Shown here piece by piece: positions 27,886 through 39,948 of a stretch of DNA of 64,000 nucleotides. The DNA is from Eledone cirrhosa. Lineage: Eukaryota. The DNA is taken from positions 8,060,001 through 8,124,000 of the forward strand of contig OZ024754.1 of NCBI GenBank assembly GCA_964016885.1, read 5' to 3'. Under the pieces are notes generated by a model. The model had not been told where the DNA came from. It did no database searches and saw only the letters and a list, made by a program, of their open reading frames with translations. The number at the start of each line of letters is the position of its first letter. Position 1 is the stretch's first letter. A program made the position numbers and the translations under genes.

Positions 27886-29989
27886 TATGTCTTCAAACAT
27901 CGAAATATCTTGATATATCAACATTTTTCTGTAAATTATTGTTTCAACTTTATAAATTGCTTCTTCGCCCACTTATTCCTGAGAGGGTCGTGGGGGCAGA
28001 GTCCTCAAACATTCCTTCAGTGGGTCCTGTCAGAAGCCACCATCTCCAGATCTGGCTGGATCCCAAAGCAAGACCAGCCAAGCTCATGGATATTATCTAA
28101 CAAGTGTTGTGTAATTGTTTAATTGTTTAACGACAGCGAGTCATATCACAATCACATTTTTGAAGAGGACGAAACAACATTATAAATAACCCTGGTGTCT
28201 GTCTATTTAAATTCTGTGAAACTAACAAAATTCGTATTACTATTACATGGTTTAACCAACATCACAGACGACATCATATTTGGGTTTTCCCTGTTCCCGA
28301 ATCTTGAATCGTAAAAATCAACGGGGAAGGTATGATAAAATGTTAGAATATATGCCGGTATTGACTCCAATGGTGTCAGTTTACTGTTAAATAATTGAAT
28401 TTTCATAATAAAAATAATTACTTCAGGAAATTATGATCATGTAAACAGACAATATGAATTTAATATTGAAATTAAAAAATCTTGATTTGAAAACGAATTT
28501 TGCAATTAAAAGAACCTTTTTTTTTTAAAGAACTGTGCAATAAATTTAAAATATATTGTTGAAGCAATGAAAACAAAATTGAAGTAGATAAGTGGCCAGA
28601 CAGAGGATAGAAATTCAAGAGAACATGTGTAAAATGGTATGACAAACTGAATCACCAGAAGCATATTGACAAAAGCATAATGACAAAAGACAAGCAGAAG
28701 AACATCAAGTTGATATTAATTAGATTGAAAACAAATAAGTATTGAATTATAAAGATGTTTACAATGGACAAGCGCTAATGAATAGATTTACATCAAGGAA
28801 TAACATTATAAAAGACGTTATATACTTTAGGATGAGAAATAGTCAAAGGAAAAATGAAAGGAATAGAATTACAATGTATACAAGGAAACAATATATGTTA
28901 ATGAAATAATGCAATCAAAGTGAAGAATATCAAAATTGCTTTACAGGGAGAGGCCCTCCACAAACAGTGCCTGAAGTAGAAAAACTAGAAAAAGAATCTA
29001 AGAAAGATTTAGAAAAAAAAAACAATGAACAAAATATGTGGTGAAGATGATAAAGCAACAAAATATTGACAAAATGTTGAAGATCACTGAATTTTTTCCA
29101 CTGACTACACCAAATTAAAGAAGTAGTTTATTTAAGTTGACAATGTCGTGGTAAAACAACAGAACAACTGGACTGATAAATCACATCCTTAAGTCTCTAC
29201 TTAAGGTCGTTGTTGATAGAATTAATGTCAAACATGAAAACAAAGAAATACATTTTCAGATCTGAAAGAATGAACGAGGTTTGCTATCAACATAAAATGG
29301 TAATGTAGTGGTTATGTAAAATATCAGACATGATAAAGAATTATTCGACGTGAAGACACTTTATTTCAAGTTGCTCTAGTTTACTCAGCTGTAGAAATGA
29401 GTTGCGATCCTGCTAAATCAATGGATGGCAGTAGTGACAGCTGCACACATCGAAAGACTGGTGTAGTGGTTGTGAGAACAATGTAGCTTTGCAGCTGATC
29501 AATGCAAATTGACAATGGAATGGCGCTCCCTCTCGAGTTAGAAGAGAACTATTGACCTTCAGGAGAAGTAGCGACCCCTGATTGTATTCAGCAACCGAAA
29601 CAAATATGAAGTACACCAAATCCAATGCTCCTAGGGGTGGCCCTGGTTCTTCTTATTCGCGAGTTTAAACTCGGCCAGATTAGATTAGATATGAAGTATT
29701 GCGAAATGCTAGGATTATTTGAGATCCAAGAGTAGACCCCGAGCAAGATTGTTGGATAACATTTATCATCTTGGCTGTCCACGCTTGGGGATCCAGCCAG
29801 ATCAATTGGAGAGGGTTACTTCTGACAAGACCCGCTAGAAGGAGTAATTGAGGACTGCCTCCACGACCCTCTCAAGAAGAAGAAGTAGAATAAGAAGATT
29901 CTAAATATGATACAGTCATCAAGACTACAATTTGATCCTATCTACAAAATAACTCATTATTCAGTTGCTCTTGAATCGTCATAATAAAT

Positions 29990-30367
29990 AATTGTTTCTA
30001 CATTTGGCACAAAGCCAGCAATTAGCCCAGCGCATTACTGGTACTTTATTTTATCGACCCCGTAAGGATGAAAGGCAAAGCTAACCTTGGCAGGATTTGA
30101 ACTCAGACCGTAAAGGGACGTAACTATGCTGAAAAGTATCGCGTCCGATAATTTACTGATACTGCCAATCCATCGTCATATTAAATAATTGTTTCTAGTA
30201 TTGGCACAAGGCCAACAATCACCCAGTACATTACTGGTACTTTATTTTATCGACCCCGTAAGAAAAGGTAAAGTTAACCTCGGCGGGATTTGAACTCAGA
30301 ATGGCAAGGGCCGTAACTCCATGCGTCAAAACATGGCGTCCGACCCTCTACCGATACTGCCAATCCA
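29990..30367 (-). mobile_element. Two tandem tRNA-derived SINEs
   Basis: copies at 29990-30175 and 30188-30367; similar arrangement at 45690-45980. Confidence 0.85.
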
Positions 30368-31028
30368 ATGATTTAGTGTATTCAATTTCTTGTATCATTG
30401 ATTTGTTTCTGTGTATTGGATTCTGAATTATTCTAACCAGTTGTTCAGCAGCACCAAATATGTAAGTGTCAACTTATTTGATAATGTCTGGTTAGTTTTA
30501 TCAAATATCCACGGTTCTAGGTCTAGTACAAGGGTCGTAACTAGGAAGGTGAAAGGTTTGATTAATCTTTTCTTCATTTTAATTACAGAATCACGTTCGA
30601 TTTAGTCGGATCAAATTGATTTAATAATCTCTATTTCACATTTAATATCTTTTCTGGATGAATCGTTGTCAGTGGATATATCAAATCCAAGAACATTAAA
30701 TTATTTCCGCAAATGTTATTCACATTTAAGTACAATTGTTTCGCTGAGACCAGATCTCAGCCTCTCAGAGCCGTGTATGTGTGCATGTATGTATGTGTGT
30801 GTATATATATATATATATGTGTACGATGGGATCTGTACACTTTTTTATCTTCTATTCCTTTCTTATTGTTTCCCTTCCCCCTTTCCCTCTCTGTCTTAGT
30901 TCGGATCTAGCTGTTGAGACGACCGGAGCTCAACCGTCGGGGTCCTGACTCTTTTCATATTACCCACTCTACTACCCTATGTATGGAGTACTCTGGTGCG
31001 TTATGGTCCACCTGGTATCTTACCACAC

Positions 31029-31082
<54 letters not shown>

Positions 31083-31409
31083 ACACACGCACACACACAC
31101 AGACATACATACATGATTATATGTTTATAAATACTTTGGGGGTTACACTCGTAAGAAACCAATAGTCAGTACTTGCACTCATGTTCTGTTAGTACATCTC
31201 TCTATTAAATGTCAGAAAACTCAAATGAAGGATCATTTGGAAGCTTCTAGATGGTAGTATGACTTGTTAGAAATAACAGCCAAATAATCCCATCCTACAG
31301 TTTAGGCGTGGTTTTTTAATGTCTCACTGGATAATGTAATACGGGATACAAATGTTACTGAAAATCGAAAAACAAAAATTGTAATGGCTGAAGAGTTTTT
31401 GTCATAGAT

Positions 31410-31600
31410 AGACTGAGGTTAGCTGAACGTGCTCACCGATATCCAGAGTTGACACTGCACTCAGTGCTCCGGTGGGAGCCCCTACATGGAGACGCTGGAG
31501 GAGGGAAACCGAGGTTGACATATGTTGATGCGCTAAGGACAGACACTGGTCTGTTGGGAGACGCAGGATATGGCAGCGATAATGAGGGACAGAGACAAGA
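31410..31600 (+). mobile_element. RTE-like LINE fragment
   Basis: VLRWEPLHG..GGKPRLTYVDALRTDTG, an RTE C-terminal motif. Confidence 0.6.
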
Positions 31601-32117
31601 GATGCAAATATATTCCCTGACCCTTCAGTATTTGAAGAGAAGAAATGTATGGCTTGCTACGTAAAAACGAGAAATATCACTTTTCATGTAGCTATTACCG
31701 ACATCACAATCATAATATTGCTGTTGCTGTAGCTGTTGATGCTCTTCACACCATTGCTACTATCGTCTGCATAATGATTGGTCAGTTGTGTTAAGGCTGC
31801 TTTACTGAATAACTGTCAATAATCTAGGGAATCCAATAGTCTACCGTTTACTTGTCAAATATGAACGAGATAAATATTTACTTACTGAGATAGTTTCCGG
31901 TTTGTGTGTTAAAGAGTTTCAGTTTTCAACCATTAGCTTCCGTTTTACTCTGATATGTAATAGAAACTAGATCAGTAATATAGTCTCAACAGTGTTCAGT
32001 TTGTTTTTATTTATTTACTGTATTATTAAATATCCACCAACGACGATATTTCCTATCATTTTTGCTGTCTTTACTGTTAGAGCTGTTCTTGTTGTTGTGT
32101 ACCCTTCATCTGTGTTT

Positions 32118-32167
<50 letters not shown>

Positions 32168-32384
32168 GTTTTCATTGTCCACTCGGAATATAATTCACAG
32201 AATGCTACTTACAATACTACACCGGTTGGAGCAGTCCATTCATATTTGTCTTGTCATGTTCATCAATACTTATTGAATTAATTTGTCTGTTTCCGAAGTA
32301 ACGCCTGTAAAGTCTCTCTCTCCCTCTCCCTCTGGGGCTACGAAAGTCGATTAAATTGGCCTCAGTGGGCTACTGGTACTAGAT

Positions 32385-32970
32385 CGCTTTCTATCCCCGA
32401 CTCTGGCTTATGCTCATACCACTTCTCAGAATGTGGTAAATTGTTTAGTTTGCACAAATGCCAGTGAATCACCTTTCCTATTATATCATGTCTCCAGCCT
32501 TTATAGTGAGTCTGGGCTAGGTGTTTACACTCAGATACAATGTGAGACAGTGTCCTCTCTCTCTCCACAGATCCTACACAGTGAGCTAGCCTCCTCCTTG
32601 TCAATATGGCGTTTCACCCACTTCATTCTGAGGGCTTATTCTTGTGCAGCCATTAGCATTCCTTCTGTAGCTTTTTTAAGGTCTCCTCTTTTTTACCAGT
32701 TCCATGCCTGTAGATCTCTCAATTCCGTTTTCTTAAAGAAATGAAGGGATGTTTCATGAAGGTTCCTCGTAGTTATTTCCTCCTTGGACATCCCCTGGTC
32801 TATTGTCTTCTCCTTCAGTACAATTTTGAGATTTTGCACCCTACTCTCGGACACATTTGTGCAGACTGTTTTTCTCCATCTGAACACAGTCCTCTAAGCT
32901 GATAAGACCTCTTCCAGCTTCAGATATCTTTAAGTAGAGCCTATCAACATCACTTCTCTTGTGGAACATG
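32385..32970 (-). mobile_element. R4/Dong-like non-LTR retrotransposon fragment (CCHC knuckle, RHD motif)
   Basis: TLSHIVSECKHLAQTHYKGWRHDIIGKVIHWHLC...KWYEHKPE; frameshifted. Confidence 0.7.
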
Positions 32971-33535
32971 CTGTATTATTATTATTATTATTTGGCAGTA
33001 TATGAGGTGGAATGGCAGTATCGGTAAGAGGGTCGGACGTCATGCTTTCCAACATAGTTACGTCCCTTAACAGACTGAGTTCAAATCCCGCCGAGGTTAG
33101 CTTTGCCTTTCATCCTTACAGGGTCGATAAAATACAGAACCAGTAATACACTGGGATAATTGCTGGCCTTGTGCCAAAAGTAGAAACAATTATTATTATT
33201 ATAACAGAAGAAATAGGAGAAAAACGAAGAACAAGAGGAAAGAAGAAAGAAAAAGAAAAAAAGAAAAGGAAAAAAAGAAAGAAAATAAAATGAAACGAAA
33301 AAAAAAGAAAAAAAAGAAAAGGGGAAAAGAAAAGGAAAAAAAGAAAAGGAAAAAAAAGGAAAAAAAGAAAAGGAAAAAAGAAAAGAAAAAAGAAAAGAAA
33401 AAAGAAAAGAAAAAAGAAAAGGAAAAAAGAAAGGAAAAAAGAAAAAAGAAAAGAATAAAAGAAAAAGTAGAGAAATGTGAAAAGAAAAATACAAAAACAG
33501 AAAATTAATAAACCCAGACGTCAACGTCCACGACA

Positions 33536-33990
33536 ATGATGATGGTGGTGGTGGTGATGGTGTGATGGTGATGGTGGTGATGGTGGTGATGATGGTGATG
33601 ATGGTGATGGTGATGGTGGTGATGATGGTGATGATGATGGTGATGGTGGTGATGATGGTGATGATGGTGATGGTGGTGATGATGGTGATGATGGTGATGA
33701 TGGTGATGATGGTGATGATGGTGATGATGATGGTGATGGTGATGATGATGGTGATGGTGATGATGGTGATGATGGTGATGATGGTGGTGATGATGGTGGT
33801 GATGGTGGTGATGATGGTGGTGATGGTGGTGATGGTGATGGTGATGGTGATGGTGATGGTGATGATGATGGCGATGGTGATGATGATGGTGATGATGGTG
33901 GCAACAGCGGTGGTGATAGCGGTGGTGATAGCGGCAGCGATGGCGATGATGACGATGGCGATGACGATGATGATGGTAATGATGGTGATT
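33536..33990. repeat. (GAT/GGT)n trinucleotide repeat; A-rich tract at 33210-33505
   Basis: direct inspection. Confidence 0.88.
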
Positions 33991-34134
33991 GTTAATTACA
34001 GTGTATAATTAAGTTAGTTTATGCAATGACAGTTCCACACAGAATGTCATCTTCAAAACTTTTTCAAACAATATCAACATCTTAATATCAAATTATTCCT
34101 TGCTTCTTTTCTTTTGAAATATCTGCGAAAGTTC

Positions 34135-35085
34135 AAACATGTGATATCCTCAGGTCAACATGTTTCTTGCTAAAGTAATGTCCTCGGTGTAACCCACATG
34201 AGGTGACCATGGTCCATAACATGTATATTGTATGAGATATCCTCTGGTCAATGTCCTCTGTGTAACCCACATGAGGTGACCATGGTCCATACCATGTATA
34301 TTGTATCAGATATCCTCTGGTCAATGTCCTCTGTGTAACACACATGAGGTGACCATGGTCCATACCATGTATATTGTATCAGATATCCTCTGGTCAATGT
34401 CCTCGGTGTAACCCACATGAGGTGACCATGGTCCATAACATGTATATTGTATGAGATATCCTCTGGTCAATGTCCTCGGTGTAACCCACATGAGGTGACC
34501 ATGGTCCATAACATGTATATTGTATCAGATATCCTCTGGTCAATGTCCTCGGTGTAACCCACATGAGGTGACCATGGTCCATAACATGTATATTCTATAT
34601 GATATCTCTAGGTCAATTACCTCAGCGTAACCCACATAAGGTGACCATTGCCCATAACATGTATATTGTATGAGATATCCTCTGGTCAATGTCGTCAGTG
34701 TAACCCACATAAGGTGACCCAGCTACATAACATGTATATTCTATATGATATCCTTTGGTAAATGACCACAGTGTAACCCACACAAGGTGACCATTGCCCA
34801 CAACATGTATATTCTATCTGATATCCTTTGGTCAATGTCCTCAGCGTAACCCACATAAGGTGACCCTGCTACATAAAATGTATATTCCATCTGATATCCT
34901 CTGGACTATACATAACATGTATATTTTATGTGATATCTCCAGGTCAATGACATCAGTGTAACCCACATAAGGTGACCATTGCCCACAACATGTATATTGT
35001 ATGAGATATCTCCAGGTCAATGACTTCAGTGTAACCCACATAAGGTGACCCTGCTACCTTACCAATTATTTTCCATCTGATATCC
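34135..35085. repeat. 73-bp tandem repeat, degrading 3'-ward
   Basis: GTAACCCACATRAGGTGACC anchors every 73 bp. Confidence 0.92.
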
Positions 35086-36691
35086 TATGCTGGAAAGCAT
35101 GGCGTCCGACCCTCTACCGATACTGCCAATCCACAACAAGGTCTTTTTATACTAGGGAGATTGATCGAGATGTTAGATATAGCAGCTAAATTTCCTTCAA
35201 ATCACATCCATCTTGAAAAAAGGATATACACAAGAAACAGTTTGATATTTGGACTTTGGGGAGGTAAATAACACAAGATTGAGAGTTAAATTATTTCTGG
35301 TTGTGAAATAATGATACTAAACCAAAATTTAAACAGAGCTTGCTGTAAGAAATACTTGTTTCTACATTTGGCACAAGGCCAGCAATTATCCCAATATATT
35401 ACTGGCGCTTTATTTTATCGACTCCGTAAGGATGAAAGGTAAAGTTAACCTCGGCGGGATTTGAACTCATACCATAAAGGGCCGTAACTCTATACTGCAT
35501 AGCATGACGTCAACCCCTTTACCGATACTGCTAATTTCTGGTTGTGAAATAATGTTGATAATACTAAACCAAAATTTAAACAGAGGTGTAAGAAATAATG
35601 ATATGATTTCCGATAACTCAATAAATCGATAGTGTTATGTCTAATATGGTTTTATCCAACATAATCAAATATCTGTTGGGGACTTATCCTGGAGCAATGT
35701 TTAAATCGATAGATCATAGCGTTTTCTGATATTATAGACTATAGCCTATAAGGGCAGTGGATTGGCAGTATCGGTAGAGATTTGGACACCATGCTTTGCA
35801 GCATAGAGTTACGGCCCTTTACGGTCTCAGTTCAAATCCCACCGAGGTTAACTTTGCCTTTCATCCTTACAGGCTTTATAAAATAAAGTACCAGTAACGT
35901 ACTGGGGTCGATTTAATCGACTCCCCCCCAAAAAAAAATTACTGGCCTTGTGCCTATATAAGAAACCATTATAAACTATATCGAAACAAAAAAATACACT
36001 AGTTATTATATCTGCATTTAATCCATCCCTCCGTTGAACACCATCACCTGGGTTACCACTACCCCGTAGTGCTCGGATGTCTTTAGAATAGTCCATTTTG
36101 TTGCATATTATCGAGCTTGGTCTCGAACTTCATTACACGTCTTCCCCGCATCTTACCATTCTCTGAGTTCTCTTAGTTGAAATGCTCTTCCTTCACTAAA
36201 TAAAATTTCAAAACAAAACCAACTAATATTGCTATAATTGATTGCATTGGTGGAGGCGGTGTAGACTATACGTAGGTGCCTTTTACATGAAACCAAAATT
36301 GTTAAGTCGATGCTAACATATTTAATATATTAAAGTAAACAAATTTCAAATAATTAAATATTACACTCTTACTGGGAAGAAAAAAAATTAGGTTAATAAA
36401 GAGATTATTTTCTTTGTTTAATATTACAGTATTGCTTTTGATATCTATTGAATGTTTTGGATTGAATTAAACTAGAACCCTTCCTAAACAATAACATATT
36501 ACACCATCTAAACAAAACAAAAGAGATATTCCATATAATAAATTGAAACAGGATAGAAGATATATTGCAGTGTATTACGCAGATAACACAAGCTAATCCT
36601 TCTTTCAATAAAGTATAAACCGAAAAGAAGAAAAAACCATATCGCCAAAACCCAAAATGGCGTCACAAATTATCAGAGAATATTGTGAAAG

Positions 36692-36722
<31 letters not shown>

Positions 36723-37348
36723 AGGAAGGCAGGCAGGAAGGAATGAAGGAAGGAAGTGTATATTTGTGCTGGAGGATAGACGATAAAATAGAAAGTTATG
36801 AGGAAATGATATTATCAAACAGTAGAATGTCAAAAGCAATCCTTTAAAATGATATCGAAATATATGAGAATATAATACACACACGGATATGTTTTTTTAA
36901 TAAACCACCAGCATAGAAAAGATATGTTAGTAAGAGACATTGTTAATTTTCTAAACCCGATTCGTTAATGAAAAAAGTTAATATTTCGATATATCTTTAT
37001 GTTTATATGAAGAAAAGATCTTCGACTAAAAACTACTACATTGTCGTGTATTGTATCATAGATTCATACATGCAGACGATATATATTGGGTGATAATCTA
37101 GTTATCTAACTTGTCCACAAAGAAGAGAGAACGCACAATATATAATAGAGTAAAGGTATAAGTAGATTTATTCATTTTCAAACATATCTATGATGTGATA
37201 TAAGCTGAAAGGGTTTAGCAAACACACGCTTTGCTAGATCATCATAGCTTATATGTGTGACAGCGTGTGTTGTATGTCCTCAGACCCTGACGACGAGGGC
37301 TTCAGTTGATTATACAAACAAACAAATATATATTAGGAAAATCTGCTT

Positions 37349-37440
37349 CGTATCTGAGGACCTTGCGATTTTCAGAGTCAGGTTCGATCATCAGATCGAT
37401 CGTGCCTCGACCTGGTCGCCAGAGAAACGATTGTAATATG
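37349..37440 (+). ncRNA. Type I hammerhead ribozyme with long stem II (family C)
   Basis: CGTAT-CTGAGGA-(GCGA..CAG.GTC.AGG..CGATC/GATCG..CCT.GAC.CTG.TCGC)-GAAA-CGATTG-TA^ATATG. Confidence 0.75.
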
Positions 37441-37487
37441 TCCAATAAATTCCATTCGTCGCAACACTGATTCTCTTTTTTTCTGTG

Positions 37488-37533
<46 letters not shown>

Positions 37534-37728
37534 TGATAATAAATGTGAAGACTAAATCCAAAGAGGGCTCGATAAGGATTATATATAAATATATATAAAA
37601 ACCGTAGAGCAAATGTTTATTAAAATAACAGATTAAAGTTTTAACGGGATCTTCTGAGTTTCAGAAGATCCCGTTAAGAGTGAAAGCAGCGATTCTTTGC
37701 TTAAACTTTAATGTGTTATTTGAATTAT

Positions 37729-37781
<53 letters not shown>

Positions 37782-38103
37782 CGAAGGAAGGTGTCCAGAA
37801 ATAACCGTCGAAACGGCTTGAGCTCTGCCGTCGGGGTCAAACATTCTCCTATATATACATTTATTCGAATTGACCGCCAAAACGGGGATTACCGCCCTTT
37901 GGGTAAACCACGTGTCTCTAGCGAAGTTTACTGCTAGAAAATACAATCGTTGAGAAATAAAACGAAAAACTTGTTGAAGTAAATTCCTTTGTGAGTCGTT
38001 ATATATGTATGTGTATATATATCCATACTTGCACGTTTCTATGTATGTATGTATGTATGTATGTATGTATGTATGTATGTATGTATGTATGTATGTATGT
38101 ATG

Positions 38104-38415
38104 TTCTTGTTTTTGGTAAATATCATCTTGGTTAAGAGAGTGGGACTGGCTTTGTGCAGTGCCTTTGCTCACTATAAAAGCTTCACGGCACAGGCATTGC
38201 TTTATATCTGGAGATCTCTCTGCACTTGTCACATGGTACCATGGGCCCAGCACTATGTGTCAATTGTCACAAGTGTAGTGTTTGTACCAGAGTTTTCAAT
38301 ACGCTGGCTGGACTAAAAAGTCACACTCGTTCAGCGCATCGGTAGGCGTTCTCCTACATGGATATAAAGTAGTCGCCGTACTCGAAAACGAGTTGGCAGC
38401 TACCATGTATGTATG
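38104..38415 (+). mobile_element. LINE 3' end with C2H2 finger, 3' hairpin and (TATG)n tail, inside (TATG)n
   Basis: CSVCTRVFNTLAGLKSHTRSAHR* ends at 38345; hairpin CTCG AAAA CGAG before the tail; clade uncertain. Confidence 0.55.
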
Positions 38416-39044
38416 TAAATAAATATATATATATATATATATATATGACACAGCATAACTATTTCAACAGCGTTCACATCTGACAGGGGCCGTATAAGTG
38501 ATGATAACCTATCATTTTCTAACAATTCCGTCCTTTAAACTGTCTCTAACGGGTAACAACAGCTTTCAAACCAACTGCTAAGCAATGGTGTATTATATTC
38601 TGCACATATCACTGGAGATATGATGCACTATATAGCGATCAAAGAGAAAATGGTTGTGTAATAGGAAATAGTGTCAGGATGTAGGTGTGTTGGTCGGAAG
38701 GTTTGTGATTTGGTGGTTCGTTTGTATTTTGATCAAAGTTATCTGGGCTTCTGTTCATCGTGTCTATTATGACAGGTCAAACTATTACATAATCATATAT
38801 ATGCCTACATAGTGGGTCGTCAAGTATGAAATTTGTAGACATTTGTAGAATAAAAACACATTTCTACAAATTTCATACTTGACAACCCAATATATATTAT
38901 ATATAAGAAAGAAAAGAAAGAAAGAAAGAGTGTGTGTGTGAGAGAGAATGTGTGCATGTCCAAATATAACGTATGCATGTGAATGTACAAACACACACAT
39001 GTTAGTGTCACTCCTAAAACAAACACATAACTATACTGTCTCTC

Positions 39045-39104
<60 letters not shown>

Positions 39105-39561
39105 TGTGCGAGTGTTTTGTGTGTGTGTGTGTGTGTGCGAGTGTTTTGTGTGTTTTGTGTGTGTTTATACATATGCAAAGATTACACACAGGCAGACCGA
39201 TAGGACTTCGATAATAAATATCAGTTATCAGTATTGTCTTTGAAGCAGGTACCAGAATCTGGGATCAGTTGAGATTGAGCACAACACAAATACAGCAGGA
39301 ATACGGTATTGGTAAATCATGGCATTGCTTAATATAAAATGATTTTTCATTGAAATGGATATTTTGACTGCATATTTAGGCTGCATATTTAGGCTGCATA
39401 TTTAGGCTGCATATTTAGGCTGCATATTAAGACTGTATATTAAGACTGTATATTAAGACTGTATATTAAGACTGTATATTAAGACTGTATATTAAGACTG
39501 TATATTAAGACTGTATATTAAGACTGTATATTAAGACTTCTTAGGATCTTAGCCAAAAGGT

Positions 39562-39600
39562 TTCTCGGCCTTTTGGCTAAGATCAAAACGTAGTAACTGT
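39562..39600 (+). pseudogene. U2: 5' fragment of U2 snRNA with an inverted duplication upstream
   Basis: TTCTCGGCCTTTTGGCTAAGATCAAA..GTAGTA.CTGT matches the U2 5' end including the branch-site recognition GUAGUA; 39545-39560 is the exact reverse complement of 39569-39584. Confidence 0.85.
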
Positions 39601-39626
39601 ATATTTAGACTGCATATTATCTAGAC

Positions 39627-39948
39627 CAGGGATCCCCAACCTTTTGGCTCCGCGGGCCGGATAGCCATGCAGCGGTGGCTCCGCGGGCCGGATGCGCAAT
39701 TAATACTACTTATATACAAATAAGTAATCATTTATTTATCCCTTATGTTAAATTTGAAACAAAATTCAATATTGATACTTAGAGCTGTCCCAAGCAGAAA
39801 AATACATTTAAACATTGTTTTATTCGGCAATATCGATAGATCGGGTGCAAATTTATTGCAAACTGTACCCTTTTTAGAAACCTCGCGGGCCAAATTGAAA
39901 TCCTTCGTGGGCTGGATGTGGCCCGCGGGCCGGGGGTTGGGGACCCTG
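39627..39948. mobile_element. hAT (Charlie-type) MITE
   Basis: TIRs CAGGGATCCCCAAC / GTTGGGGACCCTG; 8-bp TSD ATCTAGAC at 39619-39626 and 39949-39956 (NTCTAGAN target). Confidence 0.9.

Noticed and set aside
27718-27972. 84-aa ORF with LEVSGR repeats
   Set aside because: Explained by an 18-bp tandem repeat; no other coding evidence
28500-29280. Possible decayed LINE coding region (A-rich)
   Set aside because: No diagnostic motif could be read with confidence
37284-37310. CTGACGA box upstream of the family C HHR
   Set aside because: Matches the older SINE-like repeat and has no matching stems; the real core is at 37354
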